A DNA stretch of 64,000 bases. Origin: Eledone cirrhosa (lineage: Eukaryota). Every line of letters starts with the position of its first letter. Within the stretch, counting starts at the first letter, position 1. Position numbers and translations under genes: made by a program. Shown piece by piece: positions 44,949-56,803 of the stretch. The notes beneath the pieces were generated by a model, which had not been told where the DNA came from, ran no database searches, and saw only the letters and a list, made by a program, of their open reading frames with translations. The stretch spans positions 99,510,001 through 99,574,000 of the forward strand of contig OZ024742.1 in the NCBI GenBank assembly GCA_964016885.1. Reading direction: 5' to 3'.

Positions 44949-45547
44949 TTATGTAACCATTATTATGGTTATACAAAGATAGGTGCGATTGATCAGTACG
45001 CTAGTTATAACAGATATATATATAACTATTAAAGCACACGCATACTCACACAAAATAAATAGAAGCAAGTATTCGCCGTCATATTTGTTAAAGTAGCAGA
45101 TATTTATATTATCATGGTCAGCACACGCTCATCAGATCATTAGTTTTCTGGCCTGACTTGTTTGCTACTCAAGATAATTAGCTTAACAGCATGGCTGGTA
45201 TGAAAGCGGAAAGGCAATTTAGTGAATATTATTCACCTAGATACATTTCTTGTTCGCATCTTCGGTGAATGACCGGCAAAACGGTGCTTCTAATAGAGAG
45301 CAAACATTGCATCATTAATTCATTAATTCATCAAATAGTAACACAGAGGGAAGATATACAAGTAATAAAATGATTAGACTGTTGGACATGAAGTGAAAGT
45401 ATACAACTCGTATATGATATCAATTCCAGGTATAAACCAAAGGATTAAAAATTGAATTGGATTCTATAATGTATCAATAATTTAGTACTACACAAACAAT
45501 CGTGTATATATATATATATATATAAGTATATACACACATATATATAT

Positions 45548-47949
45548 ATTAGTAAAAGGCAAAGAAAATGCTGACAAATTTTTCCTATTGAAAAATAGTT
45601 TAATTAGGAATAAGTAAAAATTAGTAATAAGTATTGGTTAGTATTCAGTTGTAGTTTTAAGCTTTTACCGGTTGCGCATTTCTAATGCTTTTCAAAAATA
45701 ATTTTGAGATAGAGCGCCCGTGATATTTGCTCTAATCTGATTAGTTTTGGAAATTCTACCTGTTTTATGTGAAAAAAGTGACTCCAGAGGTATTAAGATT
45801 TGGTTGGTTGTTGAATGTCACGTGAATGAGTACTATAAGTTTCGCGCCAATTCGTGTTGCAAAAATTCTTGTAGTCAAAACAATTTTGATTGGTCGGTAG
45901 AGGTCACGTGAATGTTAAAAATGATTTTGCACCAAATGTAGGTTTGTCGAAGAGTGTCCTTTTTCGCCTGATTGAGAAGTCACTGAAAAATAAGTCTTTT
46001 AAGACAAATATGTGTGTGTGTGTGTAGTAAAGAGGTTCATTGTTGTGATAATGGTCAGTAGGGATGTGTGTGTGAGTTGCAGTCATGTTGAAAGATCAAC
46101 AGTTCAGGTGTCTATTAAGACAAATATGTGTGTGTGCGTGTGTGTAGCAGAGTGATTCGTGGTAGAGGGTTTCGGTCAGTAGGAATGTGTCTGTACATGT
46201 GTGGGGGATATTTTAACATGTTGAAAGATATTTTTCAGCTCTTGTCTTATACGGAGATGTGTGTGTGTGTGTGTGTGTGTATGTGTGTGTGTATGTGTGT
46301 GTGTGTGTATGTCTGTTTGTATGTTAGTGTACGCGCGTGTATGTGTGTGTGTATGTGTGTGTGTGTGTATATGTGTGTATATGTGTGTGTGTTAGCAGTA
46401 TTTTTGCGATACTGGTAAAAATGGTGTACATTATTCGATATTTTCAGTAATTTGCAAAAACGATTCTCTCAAAAGAACATCAAAAACATTAATAATAAAA
46501 GGGGTTAAATGATATATAGTATTGTCATAACACCAAGGTGTGTGTGAGTGTCCAGATTGTACGTACTGCAAGGGGAATCCATTGGGCCTTGCCGTATGGG
46601 AATACTTGTGTACAAATATGTATGTGCCCATCAGTGTGCAATGCATGTGTGCGTATATGTATGTGTGTGTCGGCACGTTTATATCTATACACATCAAAAG
46701 GTATGCAAATTTGTGTATATTTGTGTTGCACCATAGAACATGTGTGTTTACATATGTCATTGTGTTTATATGTGGATAGAGATGTATGTAGGATGTATGC
46801 TGATGTAGGTATGTATGTTGACGTGTGTATGTTGTGGGTTCGTCTTAGGGAGAAGTGTTTAGACGGGGTCCGTATTTGTTAATAAAGTGAGATTCCTTGC
46901 TGATGCGTGGGTGTGGGTGGCATTATCTTTAAATTTGTAGAGGGGAAAGATTCTAAAGTTGGGATGATTTGGGGCGGCACAGGTATCGATGTGTTCACTC
47001 AGTGGTATTTTCCTGTATTCCCGTATTTTAATTTGGGATCTATGGACAGTCATGCGTTGGCGGAGGCTGTTTTTGGTCTGGCTTATGTATTGTTCTCGAC
47101 AACCTGAGCAAGTTAATACATATATTAGATTTTCTGATGCGCATGTGAAATTGTGTTTTACTATAAAACGTTGTCCTTCTTTGAAATAGAATTCCGAACC
47201 ATCTATTAGATTGATGCATATGCCACAGTTGGGTCTATCGCATTTTTTTACTGTGGGTTTCGTTGTTGTGGTTGGCAGTACTTTGGCATGTGTTAGGATG
47301 TTTTTCATTAACTTAGATTGTCTTTTGCTCTTTATGATATCCTGTGTTCGAAGGATTTGGTTCATTCTATGGTCCTTTTTTAACACAGGAATGTTCTGGA
47401 GGATGGTGTCAAAGGCCTCATTGTTGAGGGGGTTGTGTGTGGAGATGTATGGAAAAGCTTTTAGTTTCGGTTGATTTACTTTAGGGTGCCTAAGGTCCTG
47501 GGTACTGCGTTTTAGGGCACGTTGGATTCCATTGTCAATTAGTGATGCAGGGTAGTCCCTGCCTATGAGTGTGTCCTTTAGTTCTTGCAGCCGTAAGTAA
47601 CAGGTGTTTTTATTGGAGACTATAGTACATATTCTCTTGGCTAAGTTGTAGGGAATATTAATTTTAACGTGTCTAGGGTGGCAAGAGTTGAAAGGAAGAT
47701 ATTGCTTGGAGTCTGTGGGCTTGTAGTATATGTCTGTTTCTATCACACACAAACACACACATACACACATATACACACATATACACACACACATACACAC
47801 GCGTACACTAACATACAAACAGACATATACACACACACTTCTCAGTATAAGACAAGAGCTGAAAAATATCTTTCAAAGTGTTAAAATATCCCCCACACCC
47901 GTACAGACACATTCCTGCTGACCGAATCCCTCTACCACGAATCACTCTG

Positions 47950-48017
<68 letters not shown>

Positions 48018-48020
48018 AGA

Positions 48021-48057
<37 letters not shown>

Positions 48058-48675
48058 TTGTCTTAATAGACACCTGAACTGTTGACCTTTCAACATGACT
48101 GCAATTCACACACACATCCCTACTGACCATTATCACAACAATGAACCTCTTTACTACACACACACACACACACACACACATATTTCTCTTAAAAGACTTA
48201 TTTTTCAGTGACTTCTCAATCAGGCGAAAAAGGACACTCTTCGACAAACCTACATTTGGTGCAAAATCAATTTTTAACATTCACGTGACCTCTACCGACC
48301 AATCAAAATTGTTTTGATTACAAGAATTTTTGCAACACGAATTGGCGCGAAACTTATAGTACTCATTCACGTGACGTTCAACAACCAACCAAATCTTAAT
48401 ACCTCTGGAGCCACTTTTTTCACATAAAACAGGTAGAATTTCCAAAACTGATCAGATTAGAGCAAACATCACGGACGCTCTATCTCAAAATTATTTTTGA
48501 AAGGCATTAGAAATGCGCAACCGGTAAAAGCTTAAAACTAAAACTGAATACTAACCAATACTTATTACTAATTTTTACTTATTCCTAATTAAACTACTTT
48601 TCACTGGGAAAAATTTGTCAGCATTTTCTTTTCCTTTTACTAATATATCACAACTCGTGTGTTACACCTCTATTC
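45548..48675. repeat. Long inverted repeat (about 850-900-bp arms, 45548-46395 and 47740-48645) enclosing a PLE fragment
   Basis: e.g. gtaggtttgtcgaagagtgtcctttttcgcctgattgagaagtcactg / cagtgacttctcaatcaggcgaaaaaggacactcttcgacaaacctac. Confidence 0.9.
46859..47745 (-). pseudogene. 5'-truncated Neptune-like PLE ORF (RT C-terminus/thumb, Cys linker, GIY-YIG)
   Basis: TDIYYKPTDSKQYLPFNSCHPRHVK..IPYNLAKR; CDRPNCGIC; TCASENLIYVLTCSGCREQYISQT..LRQRMTVH. The annotated N-terminus is microsatellite. Confidence 0.88.
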
Positions 48676-48811
48676 TTTTAAATATATATATACATATACA
48701 CACATATATATATATATATATATATAGGAAAAAGTATTACCCTCTCTACTACCCTAAGTATTGAGTACTCTGGTGCGTTATGGTTCATCTGGTTCCTTAC
48801 CAGAACTCCTT

Positions 48812-48934
<123 letters not shown>

Positions 48935-50135
48935 CGTATGTATGTATGTATATATATATATATGTATATATCAGAAAGGGTGTGGTAAAATACACGGTGG
49001 ATCATAACATACTTGGGGTAGAAGAGTGGTTAATATGAAAAGATATATTATATATATATAAGTATTCATTTATATCATTTCCTTAATTCCTTTCCTCCTT
49101 ACCCATTCCAGCCTACTCTTAAACTCTACCTTACCTTTCTCTGTCCCTCTCCTTATAAACATCAAAACCTTCGCCTTTAACAATATCCAAAGAATAATTG
49201 TTCCACATCACACCACACGGATTGATAGTGTGAAATTCTTTACCCCCACTCCCTTCCTCTTTTCTATCAAACTACCTAGCTGTATTTCATGCTATTTCTA
49301 ACGTATTTACATGTTCTTAAACGAAAATCTCATTACTGAATTCTACTTCGTGGTGAAAAATTGAAATTCCACTACTACAGGCTTTCTGATGAAGTGTAAT
49401 AAATAATTAATATATATTGTAGCCGGCATATGTACACAATTTATAATAGACACAGGAACATATGTCAAAGCAAATAAATTCATAATCTCTTCACACCGGC
49501 GTTTTATTTCTCTTGGCGCAATACTTTTTTTATATTATGTATATACAAACATATATACATATATCTAAGCGGGCGTGTACGAGTATCACTGCTGGTGTGT
49601 ATGTGTGTATATTTGTGTTGATTAAATAGTTATCATTGCTATATAAACTAATTACTTTTATCAAAGTTATTGGTAGTGTCGGTGGTGTAAGTACTAATTA
49701 TATTTCTGATGTATCTGGTAGCGGTGTTGTCACAATCTCGCATTCTAGATGCTGGTTGTTGGCGTCGTTATTTTATATTATCATTGTTGCTGCTGTTGTT
49801 GTTGTTGTTGTTAGTGTCGGTGGTGGTGCATTTATAGTTATTTTTGGTGTTAGTTTTAATATTTGCACTTCTATCCTTTCAGCACAATTGTCTACATTAG
49901 CTCATTAATTTCACAATTTTAACAGATTACCACGATCAATTTCAACTCATTAGTATATTTGAAATATCTCATTAAATATCTTCCAGTTTAATTAGTATGT
50001 TTAAGATTTCTAGACGCCATTTAACATTCGAATAACGGAAGCTGGATAACAATCTACAAGGGAGGAAAATAATAATACAAAATAATATTAGAGCAATATG
50101 CAATATATATATCCATCTCTCACTCTCTATATATG

Positions 50136-50193
<58 letters not shown>

Positions 50194-50208
50194 GTTTTAA
50201 TATAGATG

Positions 50209-50259
50209 AGATTCTACAGGACTAGAACTGTTTCATTCATTAGAAATCATCAGGAATCT
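50209..50259 (-). ncRNA. Type I hammerhead ribozyme
   Basis: Minus strand agattc-CTGATGA-tttctaatgaat-GAAA-cagttctagtcctg-TA-gaatct. Confidence 0.75.
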
Positions 50260-50694
50260 GGGTATCAAAAAATAAATATGGTATTTATAGGTCTCTACAA
50301 GTGGTAGGAGAGGGTGGGGAGTGGGATGGGTGCAGGTCATTGGTTGATAGAAAAGGGAATTCATTAAAAGCTAATTCTACAAAGCTATAGTTAATTTTTA
50401 TTTTTATTTATATTTATTTATGTTTTTAGAGTAACAAAGGCAGACAGAATTCTATAAACAGGTTCCGGATGGCATACCATTCCTTGTCAATAAGTTTCTC
50501 AAATTTCTGTCTGCCTTTGTTACTCTAAAAACATAAATAAATATAAATAAAAATAAAAATTAACTATAGCTTTGTAGAATTAGCTTTTAATGAATTCCCT
50601 TTTCTATCAACCAATGACCTGCACCCATCCCACTCCCCACCCTCTCCTACCACTTGTAGAGACCTATAAATACCATATTTATTTTTTGATACCC

Positions 50695-50745
50695 AGATTC
50701 CTGATGATTTCTAATTAATGAAACAGTTCTAGTCCTGTAGAATCT
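50695..50745 (+). ncRNA. Type I hammerhead ribozyme
   Basis: agattc-CTGATGA-tttctaattaat-GAAA-cagttctagtcctg-TA-gaatct; weak helix II. Confidence 0.7.
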
Positions 50746-50827
50746 CATCTATATTAAAACTGTTATACTCTGCTATGTATTGAGTACCTTACTTACTGTG
50801 GTTACCTCCGATTCAACCCGGAATAAC

Positions 50828-50896
<69 letters not shown>

Positions 50897-50912
50897 TATA
50901 TATATATATGTG

Positions 50913-50945
<33 letters not shown>

Positions 50946-50954
50946 GTATATATA

Positions 50955-51039
<85 letters not shown>

Positions 51040-51285
51040 GTAAGTATGCATGTATACGTACATACATATATGTATACAGACGTACAGTAGCATGCACATA
51101 TATATATATATATACATATATACATACATATGCATACAGGTACACATACATATATGCACGTATCAGTTTAGCGGCGCTTATTATAACGTCGCTTTGTTCG
51201 TTTGTAAACAAACTGAACAGCCTGAATTTATGCCATACGGTGTTAAGGCAACCACGTCACCTTTTTGTTCAACACTGACACAGGA

Positions 51286-51328
51286 ACGATGTACTAGTTT
51301 CAAGCTTGTTAGCTATCATCAGCACCGT
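51286..51328 (-). ncRNA. Minimal type I hammerhead ribozyme
   Basis: Reverse complement of 51774-51816. Confidence 0.85.
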
Positions 51329-51691
51329 TTACCCATCTGCCAGATAGTTGAACGTTCGAAAGTATATACTTTCCTTATGAAAATTAACGGCGTATGGCAT
51401 AAATTCAGGCTGTTCAGTTTGTTTACAAACGAACAAAGCGACGTTATAATAAGCGCCGCTAAACTGATACGTGCATATATGTATGTGTACCTGTATGCAT
51501 ATGTATGTATATATGTATATATATATATATATGTGCATGCTACTGTACGTCTGTATACATATATGTATGTACGTATACATGCATACTTACATTTAAGTAA
51601 GTGCCATACTAAGAGTGAGAAATGAAATTTCGTTTTCATTTTGTTTCAATTTATCGTTTTCGGTATGCCTGACCGATTTAACTCACTCAAT

Positions 51692-51699
51692 ATGCAAAT
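51692..51699 (+). promoter_or_regulatory. Octamer motif ATGCAAAT (also 52182-52189 and 19121-19128)
   Basis: Perfect octamer about 70-75 bp upstream of each plus-strand HHR, conserved in the diverged copy; function untested. Confidence 0.4.
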
Positions 51700-51773
51700 T
51701 AGGCTGCTCAGCCGTTAATTTTCATAAGGAAAGTATATACTTTCGAACGTTCAACTATCTGGCAGATGGGTAA

Positions 51774-51816
51774 ACGGTGCTGATGATAGCTAACAAGCTT
51801 GAAACTAGTACATCGT
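51774..51816 (+). ncRNA. Minimal type I hammerhead ribozyme
   Basis: acggtg-CTGATGA-tagctaacaagctt-GAAA-ctag-TA-catcgt. Confidence 0.88.
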
Positions 51817-52263
51817 TCCTGTGTCAGTGTTGAACAAAAAAAAAAAAAAAAAAAAAAAGGTGACGTGGTTGCCTTAACACCGTATGGCATAAATTCAGGC
51901 TGTTCAGTTTGTTTACAAACGAACAAAGCGACGTTATAATAAGCGCCGCTAAACTGATACGTGCATATATGTATGTGTACCTGTATGCATATGTATGTAT
52001 ATATGTATATATATATATATATGTGCATGCTACTGTACGTCTGTATACATATATGTATGTAGGTATACATGCATACTTACATTTAAGTAAGTGCCATACT
52101 AAGAGTGAGAAATGAAATTTCGTTTTCATTTTGTTTCAATTTATCGTTTTCGGTATGCCTGACCGATTTAACTCACTCAATATGCAAATTAGGCTGCTCA
52201 GCCGTTAATTTTCATAAGGAAAGTATATACTTTCGAACGTTCAACTATCTGGCAGATGGGTAA

Positions 52264-52306
52264 ACGGTGCTGATGATAGCTAACAAGCTTGAAACTAGTA
52301 CATCGT
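52264..52306 (+). ncRNA. Minimal type I hammerhead ribozyme
   Basis: Identical to 51774-51816. Confidence 0.88.
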
Positions 52307-52641
52307 TCCTGTGTCAGTGTTGAACAAAAAGGTGACGTGGTTGCCTTAACACCGTATGGCATAAATTCAGGCTGTTCAGTTTGTTTACAAACGAACAAAG
52401 CGACGTTATAATAAGCGCCGCTAAACTGATACGTGCATATATGTATGTGTACCTGTATGCATATGTATGTATATATGTATATATATATATATATGTGCAT
52501 GCTACTGTACGTCTGTATACATATATGTATGTACGTATACATGCATACTTACATTTAAGTAAGTGCCATACTAAGAGTGAGAAATGAAATTTCGTTTTCA
52601 TTTTGTTTCAATTTATATATATATACATATTTATATATATA

Positions 52642-52679
<38 letters not shown>

Positions 52680-52877
52680 TATTGCTCTAATATTATTTTT
52701 CTATTCTTATTTTCCTCCTCTGCTGATTGTTATCCACCTTCCGTTATTTAGATATATGTGTCTCTGTGTGTGCATATATTATATAATAGCATAATAGTAT
52801 GCAATAAAACTAAAATATATAGTACATATAATTAATATATGTATATATTAAATAAATATAAATAATATATTCACAAA

Positions 52878-53018
<141 letters not shown>

Positions 53019-53209
53019 AAATAAGATTTCGCTTCAAGCATAGCTTTACACAATATGTATAGAAACTTAGTATTTCTAAACAAATACGGTTTTAGGAAGC
53101 CGTAGCTATGCAAACACCGCAGGGCTAACGCTCTCTGGTGATGTCCAGCAGAAGCAAGGGGGAGTTGGTTGGTTGGTCGGTTCCACAACCGGACGGTTGA
53201 TCATATATT

Positions 53210-53252
53210 GTCAAAGTTCTTTCGTCACACATTCTCTGACCTCTTCAGTGAC
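53210..53252 (-). ncRNA. Minimal hammerhead ribozyme in a PLE 3' UTR fragment
   Basis: Minus strand gtca-CTGAAGA-ggtcagagaatgtgtgac-GAAA-gaac-TT-tgac; flanks related to 54745-55230. Confidence 0.6.
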
Positions 53253-53504
53253 TGGGGATTCTTTTCTTTGTTTTGTGCCTCTCCTTTGTTCTGTCCTACG
53301 CCATCTTGTTTTTGCGTGTTTTGTGTGACTAGTTTGCGCATGTGTTACATCCGCGTGTCTGTGTGTGTTTTTATTTGTTTATTTATTTGATTATTCCTTG
53401 GCAACATGACCCTCCCAAAGTATAACAATACCGGTTTCAACACACCTTTTCAGATAAAGAATATTGCTAAACAAATTCAGAAACGAAATATATATACATA
53501 TATA

Positions 53505-53536
<32 letters not shown>

Positions 53537-53904
53537 CATATATATATGCATATATAAACTTGGAGTGTAAGTCAACAGGTTAAGATTAACTTTGTTTATA
53601 CATATTCGCTGTTATATATATTTCGGTGATAACCATTATTCAACAGCTGTGACCAGATCAGACAGCTAGAACTTGGAAATAAAAAACAGATAAAGATAAT
53701 GATGGAATAATTTACCTCTGTTATTTCGATCTTCTGTTATGCCCATATACAGGGTTTTGATAAAGTCCGTGCGTAATTGAATACACTTGCAGTATTTATA
53801 ATATACTTCAGAGAAAGAATCTGTAAAAAGGATGAAATTGCTTGATGTATATAAATCTTCATGTGAAAACGTTCTAAGTCCAAATACATCAAATGCTGTT
53901 AAAA

Positions 53905-54085
53905 GGGGATTTCGTTTCATGGGGACAGGTGAAAAGGAATGTTTATTCAACCCAACTTTCATCTTTGGAGGAATTGAAAGGTAGGATAATTGATGTGAAT
54001 GAAGCTATTACTGAGAATCAACTGGAAAATGTTTTCCGAGAAGTACAGAATAGTATTATTCTTTTTATTTGTAACGATGGTAACG
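53905..54085 (+). pseudogene. Tc1/mariner transposase C-terminal remnant
   Basis: DFVSWGQVKRNVY...SLEELKGRI...AIT..QLENVF...CNDG. Confidence 0.65.
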
Positions 54086-54284
54086 CTCTCTCGCATTTAC
54101 GGAACACACAAGCCCCCTCGTCACGACAAGGCCAAACCCAGGAGGAGGATATATACATGCAATGGAATTTAAATTTGTTGTATGGAAGTCGACCCCAAAT
54201 AACGAAATTCAATGTCAACCTTTGAGAGATTTGAAGATAAAATGCAAAGAACAGGAACAAGTACTGGTATGTCCGACGATTTCT

Positions 54285-54495
54285 GATTTAGGCACAATGC
54301 CAACAATTAGGAAGGATGACTATAGATGGATTAAATCGACCCCAGTGCGTTACTGGTATTTTATTTTATCGACCCAGTAAGCATGACAGGCAAAGCTAAC
54401 ATCGGCAGTATTTGAATTCTAAACGTAATAAACTGGAACATATATTGCTAGACATTTGTTCGCCGCTCTAATGATTCTGTCAAAGCACCTCCTCG
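54285..54495 (-). mobile_element. Diverged SINE family A copy (others about 24260-24395, 27850-27950, 57530-57750, 63150-63252, 63690-63830)
   Basis: tactggtattttattttatcgaccc...ggcaaagctaacatcggcagtatttgaa. Confidence 0.7.
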
Positions 54496-54549
54496 TATAA
54501 TATATAATGATAAAATGCAATAGCAATAAATAAATATATATATATATAT

Positions 54550-54706
54550 ATATGAAAAATTCGAAACACCTACGGCTGAGCTACGTCCGCGTCAACATCT
54601 AGATACAATCTAGCTGCTGAAACGGCCGGAGCTCAGCAGTCGAGGTCCAGAATTTTTCATATTAGGTACTCCACTACCCCATGTAACTGGTTGTTACAGC
54701 CTTCAT

Positions 54707-54710
<4 letters not shown>
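54550..54710. repeat. Fold-back of pseudo-LTR ends, distant relative of the 1780-1886 family
   Basis: tatgaaaaattc...acggctgagct / GAAAcggccggagctcagcagTCgaggtc..gaatttttcata; (TA)n both sides. Confidence 0.6.
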
Positions 54711-54742
<32 letters not shown>

Positions 54743-55018
54743 CGGCGATGAATTAGTTTTGCGAGGTTTTTTATATGAAATCGTGTGTCGAAACAGATAT
54801 TGTTATACTTGGGGAGGGTCATATTTGCGTAATATTGCCAGAATTAATAACAGAACACACTCACTGTTTGGTTGGTTTTCGCTTCTCGCTGTCTTTTATA
54901 TATATATATCTGCGATCTAACTTACTCGGTCCTCAATGTTGCCATTGACTGACCGGCGGTCAAAAATAATACAGATACAATATAGACACAAACACATATA
55001 TTTAGTTTACATAATTTA

Positions 55019-55056
55019 CATAAATCTTTCGTTGCACATCTGCAACATCGTCAGTG
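55019..55056 (-). ncRNA. Minimal hammerhead core in the 3' UTR of the PLE at 55324-55790
   Basis: Minus strand ca-CTGACGA-tgttgcagatgtgcaac-GAAA-gatt-TA-tg; strong helix II, very short helix I. Confidence 0.55.
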
Positions 55057-55323
55057 GTGTTATATTCATTGTTCCTCCTGTTATGTTGTATGTCTACGCC
55101 ATTTTTTTTTGTTCAGTCTGTCTATATATTTATTTATTTATTTGCTTGTTTGTTTATCTTATTTTATTTTGTCTTCTTTGCGCATGCGTTTGCGTGTGTG
55201 TATAGTGTTATGTGTGATGTGTGACTAGTGTGTATAGTGTTGTGTCTGCTGGGTGACTAGTGTGTGTTTATGTGCTTGTGTATGTATTTATTTATCTCAT
55301 TTTATTTTATTTTATTTACTTAT

Positions 55324-55790
55324 TTATACTTCTCTTAGGTCAGTGTTGTTTGTTTGGGTGTTGTTGTTGTTCCACTCATTCTTTCTGTTTAGCTTTGGTC
55401 TTCTAATTTCTATTTCACTGGCCTCTCTGATTTGCCTATCTGCTGGGTCATTCCTATGTTTAGATATTATTCTAATTTCTATGTTGTCTATGTTACCGTC
55501 ATGTTGTTGTCTAGCATGTTCGTATAGTACTGACCCGTTTTTTCGTCCTTTTAGTTCCCCCCAGTGTTGGTCTATCCTTTCACCTATGCTACGAGCTGTC
55601 TCACCTATGTATGTTGTTGTCATGTTTCTGCAAGTACTCTCTGTACATCTTATGTTATAGACTACGTTTCTAGTTTTACAGTTTATCCGGGGGTTCACCT
55701 TACATATGATACATTTCCTATTGGTACAGTGGGTTTTCTTAAAAGGGTAGGTTTTGCTGATCAGGGATTTTATGGTGGTTCCTGGCTTTT
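55324..55790 (-). pseudogene. 5'-truncated PLE GIY-YIG endonuclease (third type)
   Basis: KPGTTIKSLISKTYPFKKTHCTNRKCIIC..NCKTRNVVYNIRC...YIGETARSIGERIDQH...RQIREA...LNRKNEW. Confidence 0.85.
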
Positions 55791-56407
55791 ATGGTGGTTC
55801 CTGGCATTCAATGGCGTTTCTCGAAACGTAACAACCTCCTGCATCGAACTAAAGAACACCAGACTACGATCTCTAACTGGATTGTCGTGGATTATGTGAA
55901 AGGCATATAATCGAAATATACACTCCCTTGACCATGAAAATGCCGAAGTACATGAATTACTTGACATCCCTGCGCTGTGCATCTCCAATACTTATAACAC
56001 TTTTAATGCTTGCACTATCTTTAATGCTTATAATATTTCTCCACACACAGACTATATCAATCATATAAAGACTTTGCCACCAGACCTACCAACCTAACAC
56101 TCTTATTTACCTACCTAAGTGCCTCTACCACACATATCTCTCTGCCACACTATATAAACAAGACGCACATGCGTGCCACACATATAACATTTGCACTATA
56201 TAACCACTTATCTTCATGTTGTACTTTAACCTATATCTTTGATTTTTGATTGTAATATAAATGTAATCTCGAAGTGTGTACTGCCACTCTAAATTCTGTA
56301 ATGAATGTTGACCCACAATGTTTGAATATGTATCAATGTTTGAATATGTATTTGGTATGTCTCTCGGCTGAAAAGGAGGTCATATAACTGTCCATGCATT
56401 AATAAAT

Positions 56408-56454
56408 TGCTCCGAAGAATCCAAACCTCGGTTTGGAGGAAACAGCTGTAAGCA
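56408..56454 (+). ncRNA. Minimal type I hammerhead ribozyme, U4C variant
   Basis: tgct-CCGAAGA-atccaaacctcggtttggag-GAAA-cagctg-TA-agca. Confidence 0.7.
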
Positions 56455-56491
56455 CAATAATGTTTTGAACAGTTCTTTGATTCTTATATTT

Positions 56492-56595
<104 letters not shown>

Positions 56596-56598
56596 TGC

Positions 56599-56636
<38 letters not shown>

Positions 56637-56637
56637 G

Positions 56638-56803
<166 letters not shown>

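Larger units (their letters stand above)
50193..50762. repeat. Palindrome of a PLE-type 3' end, arms 50193-50452 and 50503-50762
   Basis: Near-identical 260-bp arms with a 50-bp spacer, each with an HHR. Confidence 0.9.
51040..52615. mobile_element. Retrozyme-like array: inverted partial unit (51040-51391) plus about 2.6 tandem 472/490-bp units
   Basis: Near-identical units, one HHR per full unit, non-coding, (TA)n flanks. Confidence 0.85.

Noticed and set aside
49378-49430. ggcttt-CTGATGA...tagcc possible HHR
   Set aside because: No GAAA half
51050-52601. Repeated 100-190 aa ORFs in the retrozyme array
   Set aside because: Largely low-complexity and disrupted between copies; no domain
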